Shown: positions 8,066-17,452 of the stretch, in pieces
How positions within the stretch are numbered: position 1 is the stretch's first letter
Layout: the number at the start of each line of letters is the position of its first letter
Virus record (IMG/VR): IMGVR_UViG_3300017912_000320
Span: 1 to 24,266 of that record
Length of the DNA: 24,266 bases
Strand: one strand, 5' to 3'
Origin: a virus
Taxonomy: Duplodnaviria > Caudoviricetes
Translations under genes and position numbers: made by a program
Notes under the pieces: model-generated
The model's database searches: none
What the model was told of the DNA's origin: nothing
The model's input: the letters and a program-made list of their open reading frames with translations, nothing else

Positions 8066-8916
8066 TAGCCTGTCGCCTCTAAGTCTGACATCATATCATA
8101 TAAACGTGCGGCACCGATATCTCTATCGCCACCGCCTGCACCTCGGACAGCCTTGGCTGTTAAAACAAACTCCCCGTCAGAGAGTCTTGCTGGCACAGAA
8201 TCTGACGTTCCTGTGCCCGGTCCGTCAACCTCACCACCGCCTGCATGTACATCCCCACCATGAGCATAACCAGAAGAACGAGCAACAGGCCGATATGGGT
8301 CAGTGTAGTAATTGTACCCTGGATCCTGAAGTTCTCTAAGTTCATCTGCATATTGTTTCATATCCGTAGGGTCATCCATATCATACCTTTTTCCAGACCT
8401 GCCCACAAGTGTGCCCTTAACTTTGCCCGGTCCTGTGTCTGCGTAGCTGAAACCTTTTTCTTCTTCCTCTTCTTCATCAAACATACCGCCAGCAAGTGCT
8501 AACGCACCAGCACCCAACCCAAGTTTTGTGCCCATGCTCATGTCGTCGAACATTGAAAGAATGCCTTTACCCTTTTCTGGCCCACCCACGCCAATCATCT
8601 TACTTGGATCAAAGCCCCCTGTTTTTGCCAAAGCTTGTGTTGGCGCACTACCCAGCCCAAGCATAGATGTGCCTTTGTAACTTGGAAGCAAGCTACCTAT
8701 ACCACTACCGGACCCTAACCCAAATCCTGCACTTTTAGCAAAAGAACCCGCACCATAGCCCAAAGCCCCCGCAAGAAGAGCATCCTTTACATCTCCACCA
8801 CCCGCAAGAGATCCAATTCCAGACCCAAGAGCCGCGCCCATTGGACCGCCAAGAGCAAACCCAACAACTCCGCCAATGGGAGCAAGCATTTTTTTAAATG
8901 ATTTAAATAGACCCAT
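8065..8916 (-). CDS. Putative membrane-penetrating ejection protein (283 aa, glycine zipper)
   Basis: Basic N-terminus followed by GxxxG-rich hydrophobic segments; C-terminal GPGTGTSDSVPARLSDGEFVL motif; first of the internal-protein genes. Confidence 0.6.
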   Translation of the reverse strand: MGLFKSFKKMLAPIGGVVGFALGGPMGAALGSGIGSLAGGGDVKDALLAGALGYGAGSFAKSAGFGLGSGSGIGSLLPSYKGTSMLGLGSAPTQALAKTGGFDPSKMIGVGGPEKGKGILSMFDDMSMGTKLGLGAGALALAGGMFDEEEEEEKGFSYADTGPGKVKGTLVGRSGKRYDMDDPTDMKQYADELRELQDPGYNYYTDPYRPVARSSGYAHGGDVHAGGGEVDGPGTGTSDSVPARLSDGEFVLTAKAVRGAGGGDRDIGAARLYDMMSDLEATG

Positions 8917-9146
8917 TACGTTACGACCTTCACAGTTCCGCTGTCGTTATACAAGGACCCAGTTTCAAGGCCCGTCGCTGAAGTAGGCAAGGCCGTCAGC
9001 GTTAGTTTAGTTCCTCGCATTTCACCAGGATTACGCTCCTGCTCAATAAATACCTGTATAGAACGCACAAGATCCGCCATATACTGTTGTGTATACTCGA
9101 TCGGTGGTTCTGGAAGCCTCGGTGGTGCAACCTGATTACTTGACAT
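8916..9146 (-). CDS. Small virion protein downstream of the nozzle (76 aa)
   Basis: ORF with TAATG overlaps at both ends; Pro-rich N-terminus, a helix and a short beta-rich C-terminus. Function uncertain. Confidence 0.6.
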   Translation of the reverse strand: MSSNQVAPPRLPEPPIEYTQQYMADLVRSIQVFIEQERNPGEMRGTKLTLTALPTSATGLETGSLYNDSGTVKVVT

Positions 9147-12100
9147 TATCTTCTACCGTCCTGCCTTATGTCTACACGAGGGCTACCCAACTTCCATTTA
9201 GACCCTAATGCATTTGATTCTACACGAAGTGCAAAGGAACGTCCACGAACTCTTAAATCTAGCTGTTCTGTAAACTCTTCTACTGGTGTTGTTTGTGTGC
9301 GGCTGGTTGTGCCAGACTGCGTGTTTTCAAAGTCTGCCCCCGGATTGTTACGCGCTTTTACTGTAAATGTAGCCTGTGGTGAAGACAAATTAGTTGAACC
9401 GTCAAAAGTTAAGTCGGGTATAACTTTTCGTAAATATGTAAATCTGTCGCCGTCACCAATGTCTATTGCTGCTGACTCAATGAAGGAATTCATAGCAGAG
9501 CCATCGTCGTCATAACCAAACTCGTGGTTGTAAAGATAGTTGTTTCCAGTAGCTAAAGGAAAGGTCCGAGTTCCACGATCCAACCATGCTGTTCTAGAAA
9601 GTGTGCCGAAGTACCATACTTTTTCGCTATAGTTGTAGGTAACATAACGATCGTTGTCTGCCGAGTTAGATGATGGGTAAAACCATGTTACTTCGCTGAA
9701 CTCAGAGTTAATACCAGCAATTACTTTGCTTCTCTGTTCTAAGTTAAAATTTAAAAACACTTTGTCTTTTACTGAGCAAGGCAGTGTTTGTGTCTGACCA
9801 GCGTAGACATAGAATGTATCAATACCCATCCAAAAAACAAAATCTTCTGTCGCTACAGCAGCGTTTGGACTCATAATAGTAATGTTACTGGACAGTTGTT
9901 GTAAACCAAAGGTAAATGGCGGACCAATAAATCGCATAGATGTAAGAGCAGTGTCTGTCCACACCAGTATCTCACGTTTTGTTTCAACGGCCTGCATGAA
10001 AGTAGAACCCGAACCCAAACGCAAATCCCCCGCCGTGTTGTCCTCGGTGGGATACCAATCTAACGGGTCTTCTTGATTAGAAAAGCGGATAAGAAGTGGG
10101 TCCTGTATACCGTTTCCATCTGTAGCAGAAGAGCTTGTATTAATGCCGTCGGAACCAAAAGCAATTACATGCCTGTCTCTATCCGACACCAAAACCTGCT
10201 TACATTTTGTAGGAACACTTCTTTTAAAAAACCCTGCGGACGGAGTTAATGTGTTTAGCTTAACAGCCCGATTTGAAAGCGTGTTTGTTTTGTCCCAGTA
10301 ATATATTTGGTCATCTCTTGGATTAAGAAGTAAATCTTCACCAAGATTATCGTGTGACCATAAACGTATTTGACCTGTGGTTGTTACACCGCCAGATGCT
10401 GCGTCCCCCCATCCTGAAAAGTCATTAATTGGGTCAGCGTTACCCTTTGCCAATCGCACAACAGAACCATCAGCATGAGTTGCGGCTACAGTCGGGCCAA
10501 AAGTATTGACGTTGGAGCTTGTTAAAGTTCCTGCGTAACCTCTTGTGCACCCTGTCAAGTCATTTGTAATCGCTGTAATCGTGAAGGTTAGGTCATTCAG
10601 AGGGGTTGCCCCACCTAACGTGTTGCCAGCTATTGTAATTGTATCTCCGACTGCGTAACCGCTTCCAGCGGTTGTCGCGGTGACTGACGTGTATGTTGTT
10701 GATCCTGCAACAACAGTAAATTCTGCGCCCGTGCCGCTGCCGCTTGTGCTTGCTTGAACTTTACCTGTATGCGTGGCTGAACCAGCCGTTCCACCAGAGG
10801 CTGTTATGGATCCTACTGTTTTGACACCAGTGCTTGATACGCCGCCCACAAGTATAAGCTCATTGCCTATTAAGACTACATCACTGGCAACTATGCCAGT
10901 AGTGTCCGTCAGTGTAATTGTGGTGTCAGAGGAGCTAAGAGTTCCACCTTCGTTCAAGGTCGTCTGTAAAGCACCAGAGGTAACCCCGTAGTATTGCCCT
11001 GCTCCCCAACCTGTGCCCCCAACCGTTGTATCTAACCCTACATTTACTTGATATTCTGCCACAGTGTTGTTCACAAGACTGTCTACTTGAAATGTTTTGT
11101 CTGTGGAAGTGCCGGAACCTAGGCCCATTGACAGTGTAAGGGTGAAAGTGTCACCTACTCTGTACCCACTTCCTCCGTCACTTACAGAGTTTGCTCCGTT
11201 AAAAGTGTAGCTAAACTGAAATGTTCGTAATACTATCGGAGTGCTTTGAGTAATAACACTGCTAAAACCAATAGTATTTTGAGTAAAGTTTGCGGTAAAC
11301 CCTGTCCCATTTCCCGCGCCAACTACAGTTAAATCAAAAGTATGTGCTTCGACAGCAGTTATGTTTAAAACAAGATCATTCGCTGTTGTTGCCCCGCCAA
11401 GACTTGTCCCTAAAATTGTTATGTTTTCATTTACGTCGTAACCATCCCCACCATCTGTGACCGCATCTACAGTATATCCACCGGAACCATCTGTTGTAAT
11501 AGTAAATTTAGCCCCACTGCCCCCACCAGACGACGTTCCTGTTACGTTTGTAAACGTAGCACTGCCTGTAGAGGTTCCAGAGGTAACACTTACTGTTTTT
11601 ACAGGATTGCTGTTTTCAGCAGGATTAAATGCAGATACTGCATCAGCGTCAGTGGGATCTACTGTTGAAGTAGGTCCCAAAACTGAACTTGCTTGAGCAA
11701 CCTGCCCGGTAATGGACATAGTTTCAATGCCGCCAGTCGCTCCGTCTAAAACATCCCCGTCAAGGGAAGTTACTGTAATTGTTAAATCATTGGTTGGAGA
11801 AGAGCCGCCGAGAGAGGTTCCTGGAATAGTAATTGTATCATTTACTGCGTATCCTGTGCCAATGTTCGTCACAGTAACAGATGTGTAACTTGAGGAACCT
11901 GCAACTACAGTAAACTCCGCCCCTGTTCCACTGCCGCTTGTTGCGCTTTGTGTTTTCCCAGTGTGCGTAGCCGAACCAGCAGAAGTACCAGCAAGCGTTG
12001 TTTGCCTTACTCCAGTTGTATTTGCTGTTGCGGTTAATGTAATTTCATAATTATCCGCATCAAGCACAGCAGTGATTTGATGCTCTGCATTAAGTAAAGC

Positions 12101-12526
12101 TGCTGTAATATTTGGACCTAAAGACTCAGCCGCAGAAAAAGTTACAAAATCATTCTGCGCTGCACCGTGTGAAATGTCTGTTACTTTAATTACGTTAGAG
12201 TTGTTAGTAGCTGTAAAAGTCACCTCTCCTGCGGAAGTTGTCTTTCTTACAGGGGTTATGTCGTTAAAGTTCTGACCTTCTTCAATGTAATATTTTATGT
12301 GAGAACCTAATCCTAAAAAATCAGAACCATCTAACGCTATCCAATTGTGAAGCGCACGAACCGTGCCCAAATAAGTACTGCTAGTATACTTGGACCAGCC
12401 GCCCATTTTTTCAGGGTATCCAAACCGAAACCTAATTTTGTCACAGTCGCGCCATCCCCCTTCGTTAGAGTACGAAGTGACTTCTCTGTTAATCCCTGGT
12501 TTAAATTGTAACTTTGTTAAGGGCAT
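9146..12526 (-). CDS. Tail nozzle / tail tubular protein B-like (P22 gp10-like stabilisation protein) with inserted Thr/Gly/Ser-rich repeat domains (1126 aa)
   Basis: Beta-propeller-like C-terminal half (LIRFSNQED, AGDLRLGSG, ILVWTD, VFWMG, EVTWFYPS, YVTYNY..WY) ending in RVDIRQDGRR; position just before the ejection proteins. Family call from motif recall and synteny. Confidence 0.7.
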   Translation of the reverse strand: MPLTKLQFKPGINREVTSYSNEGGWRDCDKIRFRFGYPEKMGGWSKYTSSTYLGTVRALHNWIALDGSDFLGLGSHIKYYIEEGQNFNDITPVRKTTSAGEVTFTATNNSNVIKVTDISHGAAQNDFVTFSAAESLGPNITAALLNAEHQITAVLDADNYEITLTATANTTGVRQTTLAGTSAGSATHTGKTQSATSGSGTGAEFTVVAGSSSYTSVTVTNIGTGYAVNDTITIPGTSLGGSSPTNDLTITVTSLDGDVLDGATGGIETMSITGQVAQASSVLGPTSTVDPTDADAVSAFNPAENSNPVKTVSVTSGTSTGSATFTNVTGTSSGGGSGAKFTITTDGSGGYTVDAVTDGGDGYDVNENITILGTSLGGATTANDLVLNITAVEAHTFDLTVVGAGNGTGFTANFTQNTIGFSSVITQSTPIVLRTFQFSYTFNGANSVSDGGSGYRVGDTFTLTLSMGLGSGTSTDKTFQVDSLVNNTVAEYQVNVGLDTTVGGTGWGAGQYYGVTSGALQTTLNEGGTLSSSDTTITLTDTTGIVASDVVLIGNELILVGGVSSTGVKTVGSITASGGTAGSATHTGKVQASTSGSGTGAEFTVVAGSTTYTSVTATTAGSGYAVGDTITIAGNTLGGATPLNDLTFTITAITNDLTGCTRGYAGTLTSSNVNTFGPTVAATHADGSVVRLAKGNADPINDFSGWGDAASGGVTTTGQIRLWSHDNLGEDLLLNPRDDQIYYWDKTNTLSNRAVKLNTLTPSAGFFKRSVPTKCKQVLVSDRDRHVIAFGSDGINTSSSATDGNGIQDPLLIRFSNQEDPLDWYPTEDNTAGDLRLGSGSTFMQAVETKREILVWTDTALTSMRFIGPPFTFGLQQLSSNITIMSPNAAVATEDFVFWMGIDTFYVYAGQTQTLPCSVKDKVFLNFNLEQRSKVIAGINSEFSEVTWFYPSSNSADNDRYVTYNYSEKVWYFGTLSRTAWLDRGTRTFPLATGNNYLYNHEFGYDDDGSAMNSFIESAAIDIGDGDRFTYLRKVIPDLTFDGSTNLSSPQATFTVKARNNPGADFENTQSGTTSRTQTTPVEEFTEQLDLRVRGRSFALRVESNALGSKWKLGSPRVDIRQDGRR

Positions 12527-12533
12527 GTGCCAC

Positions 12534-13292
12534 CTATGTGGGTTGTGGAAGGGCTGTTAAAGTCGTATATATCCTCATCATTAAACCTGCTTTACCAATG
12601 TTGTAAGGTGATCTTGCAGCAAATCTGTACCACCTATGGTTTGCATTAATATATTCACCACCTCCACCATAATAGAGTTCAGTAGTATGAAAGATATACT
12701 GTACAGCACTTGAAAACCCAGCGGGGCTATAATTTGTGGTGTCTATGGCTCCATCGCCGTTAAACTGAAGGACGTAGTCATACCCACCACCTGTGTGAGG
12801 ATTTCGATAGCCTTTCCATGCAAATATTAGGTCTGTCACGTTAGAACTGTCTGTGCCTCCATAAAACAAAACGATAGGTGTAGTTAAATCTACATCCTCG
12901 TTTTGATGCACACCAAAAGATAAACTTGTAATATATCCTGTACCTGCCCGAAACACAGGCTGGTAATAATATGGATTACTAGAGGTAGAAGTTCCACTGT
13001 AGCTATACGGAGTACCTGTAACGGAATCAGTTGCCGCCAAGCCTACCCCAGAAAATCTATCTGGGCCAACATCATATCGTAAAGAAAAACTTACATTTCT
13101 AGCACTTGCACCTGAAACGCTTCTAAAATTGCTAAAACTTATAGCCCCGCTTGTAGGCACATTAGCATTAGTTGCGTTAGCTGTAACAAGGCCCCCGCCT
13201 TTATAATATTCAGACAAGCCGTCAGGTTCTGACCCGCCAAAGACCGTTCTAAGGTCAGACATATTTATTGGCCCAGAAGCAGGAATAGGCAT
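12534..13292 (-). CDS. Putative fibre-tip adhesin / receptor-binding protein (252 aa)
   Basis: N-terminal SGPINMSDLRTVFGG..LSEYY..VPTSGAISFSNF cap motif followed by a Tyr/Gly-rich domain; 2 nt downstream of a fibre gene. Confidence 0.55.
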   Translation of the reverse strand: MPIPASGPINMSDLRTVFGGSEPDGLSEYYKGGGLVTANATNANVPTSGAISFSNFRSVSGASARNVSFSLRYDVGPDRFSGVGLAATDSVTGTPYSYSGTSTSSNPYYYQPVFRAGTGYITSLSFGVHQNEDVDLTTPIVLFYGGTDSSNVTDLIFAWKGYRNPHTGGGYDYVLQFNGDGAIDTTNYSPAGFSSAVQYIFHTTELYYGGGGEYINANHRWYRFAARSPYNIGKAGLMMRIYTTLTALPQPT

Positions 13293-13294
13293 AA

Positions 13295-14101
13295 TTATAT
13301 AGTCCCAAATGCTGTCACATCATTAGCTGATGTAATTTGTCCGTTAGTGCCAATTTTAGCTACGGCTGTTGTTGTGCCGCCTGTTGTATAGCTAAAGACT
13401 AATTCATTACTAACAACGCTTAAAGTCCAATCCCCCAAGTTAAACGTACTGCCACTTATCGGCACAGTAGAAAAACTTAAAGTACCAGATCCATCTGTCT
13501 GTAAATACTGACCGTTCGTGCCGTCAGCCGTGGGATAGTTTAAACTTGCTGCCTGCAATTTAGATATAGCAACTGTACCTGTGCCATTAGGTGTTATGTT
13601 AATGTTGCCGTTGCTTGTAGAAACAATCGAGTTTCCGTTAACGTCCAAATTTCCTCCAAGCTGAGGAGTTACGTCGCCGACAAGATCGGACGGAAGCACA
13701 CGAACATTTGCGGTTGAACCTATGCCATCACTATATATCCAAGCAGAGGCTCCCGCTAAAATAGTAACATTGTTGCCACTGCCTTGTGTAAACACAACCG
13801 AATGTGATGTTGTATTAGAAACTAGATACAGTTTAGATTTGTCGTTTGGAAGAAGTGTAATGGTGTGAGTGCCACTAATGGTTCCTGCGGTTAAATACAA
13901 AACTTTATAGTGACCTTCAGATTTAGCCCCGTCAGTAACACTTAAATTACTAGAAGTTCCGTCTAACTGAAGATTTTTAAACCCAGCTAAGTTACGGTCA
14001 ATGATATCAAAATTTTCGTTTACGGTTTCGCCCCAAGAACCAGCTTGTTCGCCAGAGCCTGGTTTTTCTATACCGCTAGAATCTGTGTAGGTACTTGCCA
14101 T
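13295..14101 (-). CDS. Tail fibre protein (268 aa)
   Basis: N-terminal GEQAGSWGETVNENFDIID anchor-type motif; fibre shaft motifs TPQLGGNLDVNG, NGNINITPNGTG and YPTADGTNGQYLQTDGSGTLSF. Confidence 0.7.
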   Translation of the reverse strand: MASTYTDSSGIEKPGSGEQAGSWGETVNENFDIIDRNLAGFKNLQLDGTSSNLSVTDGAKSEGHYKVLYLTAGTISGTHTITLLPNDKSKLYLVSNTTSHSVVFTQGSGNNVTILAGASAWIYSDGIGSTANVRVLPSDLVGDVTPQLGGNLDVNGNSIVSTSNGNINITPNGTGTVAISKLQAASLNYPTADGTNGQYLQTDGSGTLSFSTVPISGSTFNLGDWTLSVVSNELVFSYTTGGTTTAVAKIGTNGQITSANDVTAFGTI

Positions 14102-14821
14102 TTAAACCACCTTGTTTGTCCATGTTTCAGACGATGTGCCTGCGTTTATTTCTGTCCAGCTATCGCCTGTGTGTGTTACCTGTGTCCAGCTTTCTGGTGT
14201 GCCACTTGCGTCAACCTGTACCCAGAGTATAGCACCATCTGCCGTCATAATAAACACAGAGTCCATTGTCTGCGCGGCAAAGCGCAAGAACCCGCCCAAA
14301 GCTTCGACAACATCAAACTGAGAGTCCATACTCAGCCCTGTTCTAAGTAGCAAACCACCTAGTGGGTCGTAGTCGAATTGTGCGGTTTGGTCACTGAGCA
14401 AGTAAAGTATAGCTATGGCAGCGGATGTTTGTGTGAAGTTAAAGTCTACTTGAGCTACGCCGGAGACTACTTTGATTGCTGTGCTTGTCTGTGTGAAGTT
14501 AGAATCAACTGATGCGTCAGCAGAGGCTATAAAGTTTGCCGCCGTTGTCTGATCAAACTGAAAGTCTAAATCAGCTACGCCTGTAGCAAATCGCAAGCCT
14601 TGTGTGGTCTGTGTAAAGTCAGATGTAATTTCTATTTCAGCAATAAGTGTACCCGCTGCTGCGGATATCTTAGAGAAAAAGGCGTCAACCGACATACTAC
14701 CGCTAAGTATGGCGGATAAGTCTGTTGACTGTGTGAAGTTTGCGTCAAGCGACTCAGACCCAAAAAGCACAATACCTTGGGTAGCAAGCGGGTTTTCCGA
14801 TATCGACAGTTCGCCGAACAT
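14102..14821 (-). CDS. Virion protein built of about 20-aa repeats with Trp-repeat C-terminus (239 aa)
   Basis: D-x-x-F-T/D-Q-T-like motif recurring about every 20 aa (about 9 times); C-terminal W-T-x repeats. Confidence 0.6.
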   Translation of the reverse strand: MFGELSISENPLATQGIVLFGSESLDANFTQSTDLSAILSGSMSVDAFFSKISAAAGTLIAEIEITSDFTQTTQGLRFATGVADLDFQFDQTTAANFIASADASVDSNFTQTSTAIKVVSGVAQVDFNFTQTSAAIAILYLLSDQTAQFDYDPLGGLLLRTGLSMDSQFDVVEALGGFLRFAAQTMDSVFIMTADGAILWVQVDASGTPESWTQVTHTGDSWTEINAGTSSETWTNKVV

Positions 14822-15345
14822 CAGCCTGCTATTTCCATTACATAAAAAGTTGATGAGGTGCGAGAATAATTATTTAAACCTCGCCTATTTATGTACCATG
14901 TTTCACCACCTGCTGACACCACACGCCATTGCAACTTATAAACTAATGCGTTGGTAGAATTAGGGCTATCAATAAACATATGACTTCTTGGGGAATAACG
15001 ACCATTTGTGCCATACCAATGTTGATTGAATGTATTAATGGTGTCTGCGCCAGACCCTTGCCCAATTTCCGTGCTATCTCTTAAAAGTTTCATAAGTGCG
15101 CCGACACTACCACCGCTACTGCCCATCGAGCCAAATGAATACTGAATTAGTATTTTGCTACTTGCTGCCCTTGGGGTAATTGTCGCCGTTGCAAACGCAA
15201 TATCAGCAAAACTTGTTGAGTCCGTGGTCACAACACTAGTTGATGAATTTGATACCACTTGCAAAATAGAACCAGAAGGCTGTTTGGAAGACGGAACTGT
15301 AGTGCTTGTACCTAACAGATTGGCAAGATTACGGGCGTTACTCAT
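14821..15345 (-). CDS. Short fibre-tip protein (174 aa)
   Basis: MSNARNLANL N-terminus plus a GSILQV..ITP..SSKILI..DSPNST..Y domain shared with 16340..16888 and 20009..20545. Confidence 0.65.
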   Translation of the reverse strand: MSNARNLANLLGTSTTVPSSKQPSGSILQVVSNSSTSVVTTDSTSFADIAFATATITPRAASSKILIQYSFGSMGSSGGSVGALMKLLRDSTEIGQGSGADTINTFNQHWYGTNGRYSPRSHMFIDSPNSTNALVYKLQWRVVSAGGETWYINRRGLNNYSRTSSTFYVMEIAG

Positions 15346-15348
15346 AGC

Positions 15349-15747
15349 TTACTCCGGCTTATCAGGCCACACCACATCGTCAAGTGATGAGAAGGTTTCG
15401 GTAATGTCGCGCAAATCCTGACGATAGGCTGTGCGTTCTGCGGACATGGTAAGATCAGACGATGCCCACCAATCTGTTTCAGCGATACGGCGATTACGCT
15501 CTTCGCGCAACAGTTTCATCGGCTCCAGTTCGTTAAGTTCGTTAAGCTTTGTTTTGACCGTACCCCATGTTATTCCCGCCTTTTCCCACGCATCTGAGTC
15601 ATTGGACAGTATAGCTGTGTTATTGCCATCCACACCCACTACAAGACTAAAGCCTGCGTTAAAACTAATCGCGTCTGTAGGCTCGCCACGAAGTACAAAC
15701 TGGCAGTTTGGGTCTAGTGCTAAGATTGCTTCTGTTACTGATGCCAT
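15349..15747 (-). CDS. Tail fibre assembly chaperone-like protein (132 aa)
   Basis: C-terminal LREERNRRIAETDW...YRQDLRDIT...VVWPDKPE, typical of phage tail-fibre assembly chaperones. Confidence 0.75.
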   Translation of the reverse strand: MASVTEAILALDPNCQFVLRGEPTDAISFNAGFSLVVGVDGNNTAILSNDSDAWEKAGITWGTVKTKLNELNELEPMKLLREERNRRIAETDWWASSDLTMSAERTAYRQDLRDITETFSSLDDVVWPDKPE

Positions 15748-15755
15748 GATTTAAC

Positions 15756-16343
15756 CTATTGATATGCTATGCGTATATAACTGTCGCTTTCATCAAAAGT
15801 GCCAGTGGCTAGTGAAAATTCAAATTGTGTAAGTTCAGCAGACAGTTCTTTGTAACCAGTAAAACGAATAAAATAGCCGGGACTATCTTGTATCGCCATT
15901 CCATCACAAGTCCATTTGTTGCCATGAACTCTAAACAATTCGCCTTGAATCATTAATACATTACTATTAGCTGTCCATGATGACGGCCCCCAAGCACCAG
16001 TTGAAGTACCACCATAAACAGAAGCCCCACCTGTAGCAGCAAAAACATCAATCCCTTGATAACCAGAGGTTTCAATGCCCCCACTATCACCAATTCGGAT
16101 TTTTGGCGCAGCAGTACCTGTGCCGCTTGACTTCCAAACACCAAATTTAATAATATTTACGCCACTAGGTATTCCTGTAAATGTTCTTGAACTTTGACCA
16201 TTTAATGTTTGGATTGCAGGAAAAGTAAAACCAACACCCGTTGGTGTATTATTAAAATTAACTACACCACTGCTATCTATCGTTAGCGCAGTGTTCGAGT
16301 TCGTTGGGTCTTGAATTTCGGTGACTTTTAATATGCTGGTCAT
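15756..16343 (-). CDS. Short fibre-tip protein (195 aa)
   Basis: Shared N-terminal module MTSILKVTEIQ..TALTIDSSG plus a beta-rich domain not repeated elsewhere in the window. Confidence 0.65.
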   Translation of the reverse strand: MTSILKVTEIQDPTNSNTALTIDSSGVVNFNNTPTGVGFTFPAIQTLNGQSSRTFTGIPSGVNIIKFGVWKSSGTGTAAPKIRIGDSGGIETSGYQGIDVFAATGGASVYGGTSTGAWGPSSWTANSNVLMIQGELFRVHGNKWTCDGMAIQDSPGYFIRFTGYKELSAELTQFEFSLATGTFDESDSYIRIAYQ

Positions 16344-16888
16344 GCACCAATCTCCATTAAAGTCATTGTTGAAACAGGAGAGCCAAAGTAACTGGTTGCA
16401 TCAGTGTCGTTATGAGTTCTATTAACGTAAACAGAATACGTTGTGCTAAAACCACCAATGTCTATACTGTATTGAACAGCACTGGTCGTAGAAGGAGAGT
16501 CTAAATATTCAATTGCCCCTGCTATCATATCATACTGTGTGCTGTTTCCGCTATAGTACTGACAATAATCAAAGGTAACTCGCTTTCTGTTAGAGCCGCG
16601 CTGGTTGCCCAAGGCATCGTCAATAGCGGTTCCGTCTCTTAAAATTCTTCCCCTAAATGAAAAGTATTGTGTAGCCAGACATAAAGAAGCTTTTACTAAA
16701 ATTTTACTGCTAGTTGACTTGGGTGTGATATTACACCTCAGTCCTGTAACTTCAGCAAAATTCGGGCCAATGGAAGTTGAGAAGGTGTCCTTAAAAACTG
16801 TCTGTTGCACCTGCAACACATGACCTGGAATCTCCACCCCGTTGTTTGTGGTCTTCTCATTTATTGTATCTACAAATAATGTTGACAT
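16340..16888 (-). CDS. Short fibre-tip protein (182 aa)
   Basis: N-terminal MSTLFVDTI module plus the ITPKSTSSKILV..DSPSTTSAVQY domain. Confidence 0.65.
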   Translation of the reverse strand: MSTLFVDTINEKTTNNGVEIPGHVLQVQQTVFKDTFSTSIGPNFAEVTGLRCNITPKSTSSKILVKASLCLATQYFSFRGRILRDGTAIDDALGNQRGSNRKRVTFDYCQYYSGNSTQYDMIAGAIEYLDSPSTTSAVQYSIDIGGFSTTYSVYVNRTHNDTDATSYFGSPVSTMTLMEIGA

Positions 16889-16896
16889 AACTTGTC

Positions 16897-17445
16897 CTAT
16901 GTTGCCGCTAGCTTTTCAAAAACAACGTAAGTTCGTAACTGATTGGCGTTGCCGCCCATAGTACCTGCAGCATGGGTTTGAATACTAAATTTTGCTCTAG
17001 CAGTTGATGCGTTAGTCACGTCAACATACATAACGGTAGTCGTATCACAATATTCACTTGTGGCCGCATTTTGAAAAGCATAAGCTCTGTCAGTAAAAGT
17101 AGACCCACTATCTGTACTAAACCTATTGATTATACCAAAATAATAGCCCCCGTTACTTCCCTGCCAATATAATTTAGCAGTACATCTCCATTTTCCTGTG
17201 CTAGGAAAAGTAAAAATGCCTGAACTGTGGCTCATGCCTGTACCAATTTTTTCCCAATCAACAGCCCATCTAGTAAGAGTAGTAATGTCTTGTGTTGTAG
17301 AACTAGAAATTGTTACATTTGCAGGAAGATTCCAAATGTCTAACTCTGTAGTATTGGGCATACTTACATACCCACTACTGTCAATCGTCATGGCATTTGT
17401 ACCTGCCGCAGTTCTTATCTGGTCTACGTTTAATATAGAAGCCAT
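16897..17445 (-). CDS. Short fibre-tip protein, possibly C1q/TNF-like (182 aa)
   Basis: N-terminal MASILNVDQI..GTNAMTIDSSG module; SGIFTFPSTGKW resembles the C1q GxFTxPxxGxY strand. Confidence 0.6.
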   Translation of the reverse strand: MASILNVDQIRTAAGTNAMTIDSSGYVSMPNTTELDIWNLPANVTISSSTTQDITTLTRWAVDWEKIGTGMSHSSGIFTFPSTGKWRCTAKLYWQGSNGGYYFGIINRFSTDSGSTFTDRAYAFQNAATSEYCDTTTVMYVDVTNASTARAKFSIQTHAAGTMGGNANQLRTYVVFEKLAAT

Positions 17446-17452
17446 TTATGCC

